Shown here: piece after piece, positions 8,881 through 17,967 of the stretch | How the letters are laid out: every line of letters starts with the position of its first letter | Numbering within the stretch: the first letter of the stretch is position 1 | Origin: a bacterium | Lineage (GTDB): Bacteria; Patescibacteriota; Saccharimonadia; Saccharimonadales; JACDBH01 | Direction: 5' to 3' | DNA length: 52,649 nucleotides | Assembly (NCBI GenBank): GCA_029557395.1 | Contig: JAKQIK010000045.1 | Coordinates: 1 to 52,649 of the forward strand | The notes under the pieces: generated by a model | Databases searched by the model: none | What the model saw: the letters and a program-made list of their open reading frames with translations, nothing else | Told to the model about the DNA's origin: nothing | Program-made: the position numbers and the translations under genes

Positions 8881-10422
8881 CTATGGATAAGGACGGTATT
8901 TGCCATGGCATATTCCATTAGGAACATCGTTTGCCTGCCCCCTAGGTGAATCTACAGGCCCACGTGACGTTGATGTCTGCGATGGAGAAATACCCGAGGA
9001 TGCAGTAAACCTCATTATTAGCGTCACCCTATATCTCCTACAGCCATTAGCGCCATTGCTATTGTCGATGATAGTTCCTAGATCAGGGTATGTATGCTTG
9101 ACCGTGTCCCCATTCATACATCCATAACCTGTAAAATTATCACTGGTTCCGTCACCCCATACCCAAGTACAGCTTGCTACAACAGACGGTGCGTTATTTG
9201 AGCGATTTACAAAAGCAAACTCCCAAACAAATTTCTGACCACTAGACCCACCTGTATTACAGCTTGCGGGTTGGCTAGGTGACCCATCGCAAGTACCTAT
9301 ACCTACATTACCTCCTGTACTGGCGGATGCGACAGTACCGCTAGCATCTGGCCCAGGAGGGGCGCAATCGTCTTTATATTCGGCACCAGCAGCCCTACCA
9401 GACATGCTGTATCTCTTGCATATTCTATCACCGCTAAAGATTGCGTAGGTATTGAAAACAGTCCCTCCGGTGTTCAAACTATCTATAGGTACTCTGACCT
9501 GAATCCTACGGAAAACATCGTTAGCTTTGCCAGTAGAGTCAATCAAGGCTTGACTACCTGTAATGTCTACCTGTGCATCACTGGAATCATTAAAACTAAT
9601 ACTTGTACTAACATCTCTGTATAAAGATGATTGCTTTACATAATATTCATCTGTAGGCACTCCAATTCCGCTCAGATCTATTTTACTTAGACACCTATAT
9701 CCATCTGTAAGCGATGTATCACATCTCGACTGGATTATCCGACCCTTATCAGTCGTGTTGTTAATGGCTACCGTATCACTCACGCTCGGGGGTGATGGGT
9801 ATAAATAGAAAATAAATGAGTTATTTACAAGAGTATTTCGATTTAGTGATGCTGTTTTTGGTATTAATTCTATCTTCAAGACGCCAATATTACTGGCCGT
9901 GTTCCATACATCCTTATCCGGTAATTGATTTGGTACAGTAGAGGGTATGGTGTCCGACCTCTTGACCGAGTCCCACCCTATAACGATACGACTAGATAAT
10001 GCACTAAGCTGAGCGCTATTAACTGTCCCGTTTGAATCTATCAAACTGTTTTCAATGCTCTTTACAGTAGGATTCACCAACAAGCAACTAACCATAATAT
10101 TGTTGCCTGGATCAATGCTATAATCATAATCAGCACCTTGTGGGCAATCATATTTTTTTGAAAGTGGTGCTCCCCCCGAATTTATCTTGTTTATAGCCAT
10201 ATTTATACCACTCTCGGCAGCATAAAAAGCTTGATTGCTCAGATGATCATCCAATGTACGCCTCTGAGCTTGGCGGATAATTGAAGAAAACCCAAGCGCA
10301 AGCAAACCAAGAATGCCCATTATCACAAGTACAGAAAAGATAGCAACTATCCCATTTTCGTTTTTGTGAATATATATTGTTGTTTGAATATTATTATTCT
10401 TGTATGCTCCCATATTGCTCAT
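8881..10422 (-). CDS. pilus-associated protein: PilX-like N-terminus, Cys-rich C-terminus with PKD-like motif
   Basis: N-terminal TM followed by QAFYAAESGINMA (PilX_N-like). C-terminal WVWGDGTSD...VKHTYPD resembles the PKD domain signature. It is the last gene of the minor-pilin operon. Confidence 0.6.
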   Translation of the reverse strand: MSNMGAYKNNNIQTTIYIHKNENGIVAIFSVLVIMGILGLLALGFSSIIRQAQRRTLDDHLSNQAFYAAESGINMAINKINSGGAPLSKKYDCPQGADYDYSIDPGNNIMVSCLLVNPTVKSIENSLIDSNGTVNSAQLSALSSRIVIGWDSVKRSDTIPSTVPNQLPDKDVWNTASNIGVLKIELIPKTASLNRNTLVNNSFIFYLYPSPPSVSDTVAINNTTDKGRIIQSRCDTSLTDGYRCLSKIDLSGIGVPTDEYYVKQSSLYRDVSTSISFNDSSDAQVDITGSQALIDSTGKANDVFRRIQVRVPIDSLNTGGTVFNTYAIFSGDRICKRYSMSGRAAGAEYKDDCAPPGPDASGTVASASTGGNVGIGTCDGSPSQPASCNTGGSSGQKFVWEFAFVNRSNNAPSVVASCTWVWGDGTSDNFTGYGCMNGDTVKHTYPDLGTIIDNSNGANGCRRYRVTLIMRFTASSGISPSQTSTSRGPVDSPRGQANDVPNGICHGKYRPYP

Positions 10423-10424
10423 GA

Positions 10425-11081
10425 TTATAACCTATTTTTTACTGTTGTTGAATAAGAACTAACTGCGCAAAATTGACCGCCAGCATTTATACCCTTACAC
10501 AAACTAAACTTTTCAACTTTTGGCGTCGCAGATAAATCTTCTGATACAAAATCATTATCATCGCCAAAACTTACCCTTACATCCACAACCCAAAATGAGC
10601 TCGTGGGAGGTTGATATATATCAAATTTTACTAATCTCATACCTTCTCCTAACATTTCTGTTCCAAGACTACTGGGATTTGGATTTGGGTTATTTATATC
10701 CGCGTGGGGACAAGTTGAGTCGCTAATGTTATCACGCCATAGCACATGCTCTACACCAGATTGGCCTAATCGTTTATTTTTTGAAAATGTATACCGCAAA
10801 CTACCAATACAAATAGAAGAAGGGTCGCCACCAATATCCCTTTTAACAATATTCAGAGACTTATCATACTTAATAGCATCTGATGCACTGTCTATGATTT
10901 TTCTGGCAGTATCCTGCGTCTTGCTCATGATCATACCCTTATAATACATCCGGCCAGCGTGGATAATAGCATAAGAACACACAAGGAGCACCATAGAAAA
11001 TATAACTGTTGCAATCATAAGCTCAACTATTGTAAAGCCTGTTTGATTAGTAAGCTTATTGTCACTTTTGTTGTTACGCAT
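10425..11081 (-). CDS. type IV minor pilin (PilW-like)
   Basis: Prepilin N-terminal motif NQTG|FTIVELMIATVIF. Confidence 0.75.
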   Translation of the reverse strand: MRNNKSDNKLTNQTGFTIVELMIATVIFSMVLLVCSYAIIHAGRMYYKGMIMSKTQDTARKIIDSASDAIKYDKSLNIVKRDIGGDPSSICIGSLRYTFSKNKRLGQSGVEHVLWRDNISDSTCPHADINNPNPNPSSLGTEMLGEGMRLVKFDIYQPPTSSFWVVDVRVSFGDDNDFVSEDLSATPKVEKFSLCKGINAGGQFCAVSSYSTTVKNRL

Positions 11082-11083
11082 AC

Positions 11084-11563
11084 TTATTGTACCTTATATG
11101 CCATTACTATTTCACTCCTGCCACCGCCAAGATGATTCCATCTTACAGTAACTGTATAGCTAAGATTATTTATATCAGCATTGTTCTTGGCGATGAAGTA
11201 GTAGTAAAGATCATCTTTTATACAGCTAAGATCGTAACCTAGGTCGTCTAGCTGATTGGGATTAGACACGTTTGCAGATGTCATATCCTCCTTCATACAA
11301 AAATTACCCACCGCCACCTGTGAGGTAAACTTACTTACGGGTACACTAAACCAAGCTGTACGCAATAACTCTAACTGACCTTGAGCAATTTTGGATGCTT
11401 CCGACCGTTCTTGATTGTCTCTGGTGGTCTGGATGTTCTTGTTCATTATTGAATAAGTGATACCAAGCACGCTACTGACTACAGCTATGGCTATCAAAAC
11501 TTCAATGATTGTGTCGCCCTTGCTATTACCTAGTATTGTACGATGCTTGAATATCATGCGCAT
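11084..11563 (-). CDS. type IV minor pilin (PilV-like)
   Basis: Prepilin-type motif KG|DTIIEVLIAIAVV followed by a hydrophobic helix. Confidence 0.7.
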   Translation of the reverse strand: MRMIFKHRTILGNSKGDTIIEVLIAIAVVSSVLGITYSIMNKNIQTTRDNQERSEASKIAQGQLELLRTAWFSVPVSKFTSQVAVGNFCMKEDMTSANVSNPNQLDDLGYDLSCIKDDLYYYFIAKNNADINNLSYTVTVRWNHLGGGRSEIVMAYKVQ

Positions 11564-12441
11564 ATATCTCCACTAGTAGGATGTGTATCGATTTCGGTTG
11601 ATATTTCGGTAGCTGAGCCTTTTGAACCTAATCTTATTTGAGCCTGTTGCCCGTTGGATCCCTCCAAGCAAATCATAACTCCTTCTCTAGATAGAAGCTC
11701 GCCACTCGACGTAAATAGATTATACTCACCACCACTAGTCATAAAATACTTGCTAGAAAGAACTTTACCGTCTAATAGGTCAAAGAACGGTTCTCTAAAG
11801 GCAATAAATTGGACTGTGTTATCACCATCTCCTTGTGATTTATTAAAATCTAAAAACGATGTAAACACTAATGCACGTAGGTCAGTGCTTGGTGAGTTAA
11901 TAGCTACAATTTTCTTTACTGATAGTTGATATGTGTTTGGTATTTTTTGTAACAAATCTGGTGCAGCCGTGAAAAGTGCGTCATTATGTACACCCTTCAT
12001 ACCATGCATCAAGCCAGGATTATCTTCGCCCGTCTCAGGGATAATCCTCAAACCTATAAGTGGGTATATATCATTTGTTTGCCCATCAGGCATTAACACC
12101 TTACCGAAAAATGCACAGTCTCCATTTGTACCTGTTCGCCCAGAGGCATCAGGAGTTACAGTAGGACTTTGATCTGGTCCTGACATCTCGCACTTGTAAC
12201 CATCAGAAGAAAAGTAGCCTTTGGATACATCACTAACTATATTCTGTAGCATGGCTTCGTAGTTGCGAACAGATTGAGAAAATGCAACCCTGGCCTGTCT
12301 ACCTCTGAAAGATATCATAATACCAGTAAACAATACTGCTGTCACTGCCAGTACTATCAGAGTTTCGACTATTGTATAGCCATCATTATACCGTCTGTCG
12401 CCACCCCTGTTCAGATGGCCACGGTTTAGCCAACGCTTCAT
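11554..12441 (-). CDS. type IV minor pilin (FimT/GspH-like)
   Basis: Prepilin-type motif DG|YTIVETLIVLAVTAVLF. Confidence 0.7.
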   Translation of the reverse strand: MKRWLNRGHLNRGGDRRYNDGYTIVETLIVLAVTAVLFTGIMISFRGRQARVAFSQSVRNYEAMLQNIVSDVSKGYFSSDGYKCEMSGPDQSPTVTPDASGRTGTNGDCAFFGKVLMPDGQTNDIYPLIGLRIIPETGEDNPGLMHGMKGVHNDALFTAAPDLLQKIPNTYQLSVKKIVAINSPSTDLRALVFTSFLDFNKSQGDGDNTVQFIAFREPFFDLLDGKVLSSKYFMTSGGEYNLFTSSGELLSREGVMICLEGSNGQQAQIRLGSKGSATEISTEIDTHPTSGDICA

Positions 12442-12494
12442 GCATGAATTATAACATAAGCGTAAAAGAATATAGCAAACTATTATTCAAAAGC

Positions 12495-13412
12495 TTATTT
12501 CAATAACAAAATATTACCAACATACCAGTTGATGATGGACCGGCCAAAGATATAAACAAGGATAGTAGCAACAATCAAAAATGGTCCAAACGGTATCTTA
12601 CTAGACCTAGTGAGCTTGCCAGTTAACAATCCTGGTACAACCACAACTGTACCAATGATAGATGCTAAGAATAATACCAGAAAAGACTCAGCCGGATCCT
12701 GGAGGAGTAGGCCAATCACAATACCTATCTTGATATCGCCACCACCAATCCAACGCCCATTTGATAGCCAAAATATTATATAGAAGATACCGGAAGCAAT
12801 AAATAAACTAGTTAGTGTGTTGACAGCAAGCACGAAGTCTATGCCACCAGGCTGGAAGATAATGTTGACTATAGCCAGCACCAGGGCTAATACAGCCATA
12901 GGATATACTAACCTGTTTGGCAGTAGCATCCAGCGTATGTCATACACAATCAGAGCCATAAAGCCCGTCAGGAGTATCAGCCATACGCCAAAGCTAAGGA
13001 TATCTAGCCAGCTATTTAACCCCAATGGCCAAAAAATATAAGACATTACGAATAGTAGAGATGTAGTTACTTCTACCACCGGATATTGCCAAGATATTTG
13101 TTTTTTGCAATATCTGCACTTGCCACCGACAGACAGCCAGCTCACCACCGGAATAAGGTCATACCATGAAAGCTCGTGCTTACAATACGTGCACATGCTA
13201 CGGCCATTAAGGATAGAATATTTTTGGTTACGGATATTTGTGGATTTTTTTTGAGATTTTTTGGCCGATTTTGACTCTGCCTTCTGCAATAACCGATCCT
13301 GCATGTATATGCGCCAAACCAGAGCATTGACAAAACTCCCTAGACACAGTCCCAAAAAACCGATTAGTACTATAAACATTAGTATCATAATAACATCTTT
13401 ATACTCTAACAC
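12495..13412 (-). CDS. pilD: prepilin peptidase / N-methyltransferase (A24 family)
   Basis: Multi-TM protein, zinc-binding CTYC...CRYC segment, and GGGDIK aspartyl-protease motif. Confidence 0.9.
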   Translation of the reverse strand: MLEYKDVIMILMFIVLIGFLGLCLGSFVNALVWRIYMQDRLLQKAESKSAKKSQKKSTNIRNQKYSILNGRSMCTYCKHELSWYDLIPVVSWLSVGGKCRYCKKQISWQYPVVEVTTSLLFVMSYIFWPLGLNSWLDILSFGVWLILLTGFMALIVYDIRWMLLPNRLVYPMAVLALVLAIVNIIFQPGGIDFVLAVNTLTSLFIASGIFYIIFWLSNGRWIGGGDIKIGIVIGLLLQDPAESFLVLFLASIIGTVVVVPGLLTGKLTRSSKIPFGPFLIVATILVYIFGRSIINWYVGNILLLK

Positions 13413-13426
13413 CGTAAAAATCGATA

Positions 13427-13462
13427 CTATAAAAGGACAGCCCTCAAACTGATGACTGTCCT
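13427..13462 (-). terminator. hairpin + T-run downstream of the major pilin gene (attenuator before pilD)
   Basis: AGGACAG/CTGTCCT 7-bp stem (13434-13440 / 13456-13462) followed on the minus strand by TTTTATA. Confidence 0.55.
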
Positions 13463-13488
13463 AATAATTATTTTTAACCTATATCAGA

Positions 13489-13944
13489 TTAAGATTGTAT
13501 ACAAGCCTGCGTACCGCCATGAAGGCCAAATCTGAGAGCGTAAACCCTACTTCCTGTAGCGCCAATTACAATATCAGTACCGTTACATGTTCCAATTGCC
13601 ACCTGGTAACTTCCTGGTGTTAAGTTAGTACCGTTGGCCGCCGCGGTAATAAAAGTTCCTGTACCGGTAAGTTGCGTCAATGTACCTGCATTAGTTTTAA
13701 CACTAGTAAGTCTTGCTGTTGAATTAACCTGTTGCCCGTTAGCATTAGACTCGTATTCTGTAATCGCAGACAATAACCTGCTAGCTTCGCTACGCATAGT
13801 TGTATTTTGCTGATTACGCCTTAGAGCTGGGATAGCCAAGAAGACAATCAGCATGATCAAACCAGCGATAGCTAGCACAATCAGGACCTCGATGATTGTA
13901 AATCCTTCTGACTTACGTCTTAGGTTGTTTATTTTATGACTCAT
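13489..13944 (-). CDS. pilA: type IV major pilin (PilA-like)
   Basis: Leader MSHKINNLRRKSEG|FTIIEVLIVLAIAGLIM. Small protein (151 aa) with a C-terminal Cys pair. AAAGGGGG Shine-Dalgarno before ATG 13942-13944. Confidence 0.8.
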   Translation of the reverse strand: MSHKINNLRRKSEGFTIIEVLIVLAIAGLIMLIVFLAIPALRRNQQNTTMRSEASRLLSAITEYESNANGQQVNSTARLTSVKTNAGTLTQLTGTGTFITAAANGTNLTPGSYQVAIGTCNGTDIVIGATGSRVYALRFGLHGGTQACIQS

Positions 13945-14390
13945 AGTGCAAATGCCCCCTTTGACTAAATGCATTTTATTATTTATATAAACTGATGATA
14001 CAGCCTCGGCAGACAAAACACAAGCTTTTTATGGTCAAAAGCTACCCCCGTTGTCCACAAGCTCTCGGCCATACTTTCTAGTTTCGGCAGAAAACTCACC
14101 TTATTTTGACAAAGAAACAAATCATAGCTCACTCTTTTGTCTCAAAATACATAACCCTTCCATTTTATTTCGGCAAAACAGAAACCAAAAGCCGACAGGC
14201 AGTTTCAAAAAACATAACTAATCATAATAACGAAACTGTAATCTGTTTCTGCGGAACTTATCCAGATAAAGAGCCACAGACTCTTTATCCTGTACTACAA
14301 ACAGTCCTCGAAAACCCGACTACAGTTAGTTATGATGACAAATCAGTTTTTGAAAAGCATGGCACTAAACTATGTCGTCTAAAAGGACGA

Positions 14391-14774
14391 CTATTTGATG
14401 GAGGATAGTTTTGCTAGGTGTTTGTCTAATGTCATTAGATCATGGGAGTCGATTTGTGACTGAGCTAACAGCAAACAATCAGTCATGTCTAATTTTGGAT
14501 CGTCCATGTAATAACTTATAGCCTTGGTTGCAAATACAGATAAATGCACAGAATTTAAGTCTAACAAAACACCCAGACAACGACCAACTCTGTCTCTGGG
14601 ATAGCGATAAAATGTATTAAATTCCAGAACAAAACATAACTCTGCCAGCACATAATCTGTGACTATGAGACTGCCTGCCTTGCACGACGTAAGTAGTTGC
14701 TTGGCACTAGCCGCCTCTACTGGCAGATCATTGCTAAAGAATCTGATCAGGATATTCGTATCAATCAGCTTCAT
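14391..14774 (-). CDS. vapC: PIN-domain toxin (VapC-like)
   Basis: MKLIDTNILIRF N-terminus with a conserved Asp, 127 aa, overlaps the upstream antitoxin gene by 4 bp. Confidence 0.8.
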   Translation of the reverse strand: MKLIDTNILIRFFSNDLPVEAASAKQLLTSCKAGSLIVTDYVLAELCFVLEFNTFYRYPRDRVGRCLGVLLDLNSVHLSVFATKAISYYMDDPKLDMTDCLLLAQSQIDSHDLMTLDKHLAKLSSIK

Positions 14775-15055
14775 AGGTAAGGCTTGCCCGTCGAACGGTC
14801 TTTATAGGCTTGTGCGGACTGACTAAGTTCTGTTGACTGCTGTGGTTGGCACTCACCTAGCCTGTCTTGAGCAAACTCACCCCAAATCTGGTCTAGCTTA
14901 GAGTTGATATCTGTGACTAGCGGGGTGATTATCAGCTTGCCACCTCTCTGAGTCACAGTGACTTGACGAGTAGTGTCGAGTCCAAGATTCCTTACATATT
15001 TGATAGGTATTGTTAGCTGATTTTTGCTAGTTATTGTGGCTTTTACTGTTTTCAT
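14771..15055 (-). CDS. AbrB/SpoVT-type antitoxin (VapB-like)
   Basis: MKTVKATITSKNQLTIPIKYVRNLGL swapped-hairpin motif. Start set at ATG 15053-15055. Confidence 0.7.
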   Translation of the reverse strand: MKTVKATITSKNQLTIPIKYVRNLGLDTTRQVTVTQRGGKLIITPLVTDINSKLDQIWGEFAQDRLGECQPQQSTELSQSAQAYKDRSTGKPYL

Positions 15056-15148
15056 AGTAATGAATATATCATAGCGCATTACATTTTGTAAATATTAAAA
15101 TATACTTGTCAGATACATTAATATCAAATTAGATCAAGATCTTGCTTA

Positions 15149-15535
15149 TTAAATAAGTGGGAAGATCTGGAGTCGCTCAATATTGCCGATAGAGGCGACC
15201 CAGGCGTCGTTGGTGTAGAACTTGTCTACACCACTGTCAATAGCAGTAGCTATATGTATAGCATCGTAACCTAGAAGTTTTTTGCCATATTCAGCACTCA
15301 ACTCAACCGCAATAGTTGCAATCCTCTGACTAACACTGACGAATTTTACGTTGTACATAGAGTCAATAGCTCCTCTGGCCACAGCTAGCGAATCTCTGTC
15401 TCTGAGAGCAAAGCTAGTCAGTACCTCTTGGTAAGCCAGTACCGACAATATCACTGGCTTGGATGTGCTACTCATAATAATATCCCTAGCTACTACACCA
15501 AACTGTGGGTGCGATTCTAGGAAATATATCAGCAC
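15149..15535 (-). CDS. PIN-domain protein, N-terminally degenerate (possible decaying orphan toxin)
   Basis: C-terminal PIN features (YDAIHIATAI...TND) are present, but only a GTG start is available. The usual N-terminal D-T-N acidic motif is missing, an in-frame stop lies 5 codons upstream, and no cognate antitoxin ORF is present. Confidence 0.5.
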   Translation of the reverse strand: MLIYFLESHPQFGVVARDIIMSSTSKPVILSVLAYQEVLTSFALRDRDSLAVARGAIDSMYNVKFVSVSQRIATIAVELSAEYGKKLLGYDAIHIATAIDSGVDKFYTNDAWVASIGNIERLQIFPLI

Positions 15536-15594
15536 AATAAACCTTACTTATATTTATTAATCGCCATCCGTATATCTTTAATCGCTTTTTTGTC

Positions 15595-16818
15595 CTAGCC
15601 ACCTATACCTGTTTGGCCCGCCAATCCATAGATAGGTAGCAAGATAGCACCCACGAGGATAAAGGCTACGATACCAAGGGCAATCATCATAAGCGGCTCA
15701 ATAATGGTAGAGATGGTCTTTATCTGATTGTCGACCTCTTTTTCGTAATATTCGGCTATTTTGTTCATCATATCTTCCATCGAGCCAGATTGTTCACCGA
15801 TACGGAGCATCTTGGGTACAAGCTCAAGGAAATTTGGGTCGCCTTCTAGCGAGTCGGACAATGCTTTGCCACCTTTGACCTTGTCCATAGCTTTTTTGAT
15901 AGAAGCTTCGACATGTACGTTACTGATAGATTTAGACACTATATCTAGTACCTGTAGCAGTGGCACACCACTAGCTACAAGCGTGGCACCAGTACGTGCA
16001 AATCTGGCCATATAAACCTTCATAAATAGCTCACCAAACGGCCATGTCTTCATCTTTAGTTTGTCTATATATAGCTTGCCTGGCCCTGTCCTAGCCCATC
16101 TGGTAGTCAAAAATATCAATACTACCACTATAATTATCACTGCCCACCAGTAATTAATAATCATGTGAGAGAGAGCTAGCAAGAGCTTAGTACTAATCGG
16201 TAGACTTGCACCAGGCATATCTTTATATATCACCTCTACCTGTGGCAGAACACTCACAACCATAAACCCAACCACACCGACCATCACTAGTAATACAATC
16301 GCAGGATAAGCCATGGCTCCGCGTACCTTGGATACAATTTCGGCATCTTTTTCTTGTTGCAGGGCAATCCTGGTGAGTGCCGCATCTAGCGTGCCAGATG
16401 TCTCACCTGCAGCTATCAAGTTGATAAAAATCTGATCAAACACCTTAGGATGCCTACCTAGTGCGTCAGACAAGGTACTACCAGCTTCGACATCGGATAT
16501 TACTTGGCTAATTATTACTTTGAGTGGTTTGCTCTGAGTCTGATCTAATACACTACGAAGACTCTGCACCAATGGCAGACCTGCGTTAATAAGAGTAGCT
16601 AGCTGTCTAGCGAACAATATCCTATCTTTGGCTTTGACACGATTTGTCAGTTTGCTAAATATGTTATCACCAGCGGCATCTTTGAGAACAATATCGATTG
16701 GAGCAAGACCTTCTTGCTTGATAAGCTTGGCGGCAGCTTCTTTGCTATCAGCTTGGACCTCGGCCTTGACCTTTTCGCCGGTTTTACTATCTCTGGCAAT
16801 ATAACGAAACGTTAACAT
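15595..16818 (-). CDS. pilC: type IV pilus platform protein PilC (GspF family)
   Basis: 407 aa with duplicated GspF domains and 3 TM segments. Confidence 0.92.
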   Translation of the reverse strand: MLTFRYIARDSKTGEKVKAEVQADSKEAAAKLIKQEGLAPIDIVLKDAAGDNIFSKLTNRVKAKDRILFARQLATLINAGLPLVQSLRSVLDQTQSKPLKVIISQVISDVEAGSTLSDALGRHPKVFDQIFINLIAAGETSGTLDAALTRIALQQEKDAEIVSKVRGAMAYPAIVLLVMVGVVGFMVVSVLPQVEVIYKDMPGASLPISTKLLLALSHMIINYWWAVIIIVVVLIFLTTRWARTGPGKLYIDKLKMKTWPFGELFMKVYMARFARTGATLVASGVPLLQVLDIVSKSISNVHVEASIKKAMDKVKGGKALSDSLEGDPNFLELVPKMLRIGEQSGSMEDMMNKIAEYYEKEVDNQIKTISTIIEPLMMIALGIVAFILVGAILLPIYGLAGQTGIGG

Positions 16819-16821
16819 GGA

Positions 16822-17892
16822 TTAACCCCTCATCAACCTATCTAGCTCATCAATATCTATCGCAAAGTTACGCGCTTCTTCGTAGCTAATTGTACCTGAG
16901 TGAATTAGCCCAACAAGTGTCTTGTCCATACTCTGCATACCAAACTCTGCCCCGGTCTGAATGACCGCGTCTAGCTGATGTGTTTTGCCCTCGCGGATAA
17001 TATTGCGAACGGCGGGTGTACCAATCAACACCTCGGCCGCGGCAATACGACCACCACCAATGGTTGGTATCAGGCGCTGTGAACAGATAGCCATCAATAT
17101 GTTAGATAACTGGGCCCTAATCTGTGGCTGTTGGTGCGGAGGAAAGACATCGATCATACGATCGATACTCTGAGCCGCCGAGTTGGTGTGGAGTGTTGCA
17201 AACACCAAGTGCCCTGTCTCTGCGATTGTAATAGCCGCCGCGATAGTCTCGAGATCACGCATCTCACCGATAAGTACTACATCTGGGTCCTCACGCAGTG
17301 CGCTACGCAGGGCCGCACTAAATGAAAATGTATCATAGTGGACTTCACGCTGAACTATAACCGACTTGTTGCTCTTGTGCGTATACTCGATAGGATCCTC
17401 GATGGTGATAATGTGCGCAGCCCTCTCGGCATTAATCTTGTGTATCAAAGCGGCTAGCGTAGTTGATTTACCAGAACCCGTAGGGCCGGTCACTAGTACG
17501 AGACCACGAGGATACTCTGTAAATTTGGACATAATAGGTGGCAAACCAAGTTGTTCGGCAGTCATAATTTCGTTCGGAATAAGTCGTAGCGCGGCTGCTA
17601 AATTGCCCCTCTCATGGAAGGCATTGACACGAAAACGACCCAAATCACCAAAAGCAAAGCTAAAATCAAACTCTTTGTCTTTGAGCAGAATTTGTTTTTG
17701 GTCTTCGTCAAGTATGGCAAATATCAGTAGCTCAACTGTTTCTTCTGTCAGTGGATCTGTGGCTACAATTGGGGTAAGAGCACCGTCGACCCGAAGCATT
17801 GGTGGCAGACCAACCTGAAGATGGAGGTCAGAAGCTTTGCGCTTGATAACTTCTTCTAGCAGGATTTCTATTCTTGGCTGTGCGTTTGGCAT
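16822..17892 (-). CDS. pilT: twitching-motility retraction ATPase PilT
   Basis: 356 aa, Walker A GPTGSGKST, PilT signature AVRNIIREGK. Confidence 0.92.
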   Translation of the reverse strand: MPNAQPRIEILLEEVIKRKASDLHLQVGLPPMLRVDGALTPIVATDPLTEETVELLIFAILDEDQKQILLKDKEFDFSFAFGDLGRFRVNAFHERGNLAAALRLIPNEIMTAEQLGLPPIMSKFTEYPRGLVLVTGPTGSGKSTTLAALIHKINAERAAHIITIEDPIEYTHKSNKSVIVQREVHYDTFSFSAALRSALREDPDVVLIGEMRDLETIAAAITIAETGHLVFATLHTNSAAQSIDRMIDVFPPHQQPQIRAQLSNILMAICSQRLIPTIGGGRIAAAEVLIGTPAVRNIIREGKTHQLDAVIQTGAEFGMQSMDKTLVGLIHSGTISYEEARNFAIDIDELDRLMRG

Positions 17893-17967
17893 TAGCGGTC
17901 AACCCCCGCTATAAATTGTTTGATTTGTTTTGACTTATTTTCCTTCATTGTGCCCGCCCCCTTAAAA

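Noticed and set aside
14106-14408. 100-aa plus-strand ORF upstream of the pilin gene
   Set aside because: TTG start, no Shine-Dalgarno, low-complexity translation, overlaps the vapC 3' end, and lies opposite to all neighbouring genes. Treated as non-coding leader/promoter DNA.
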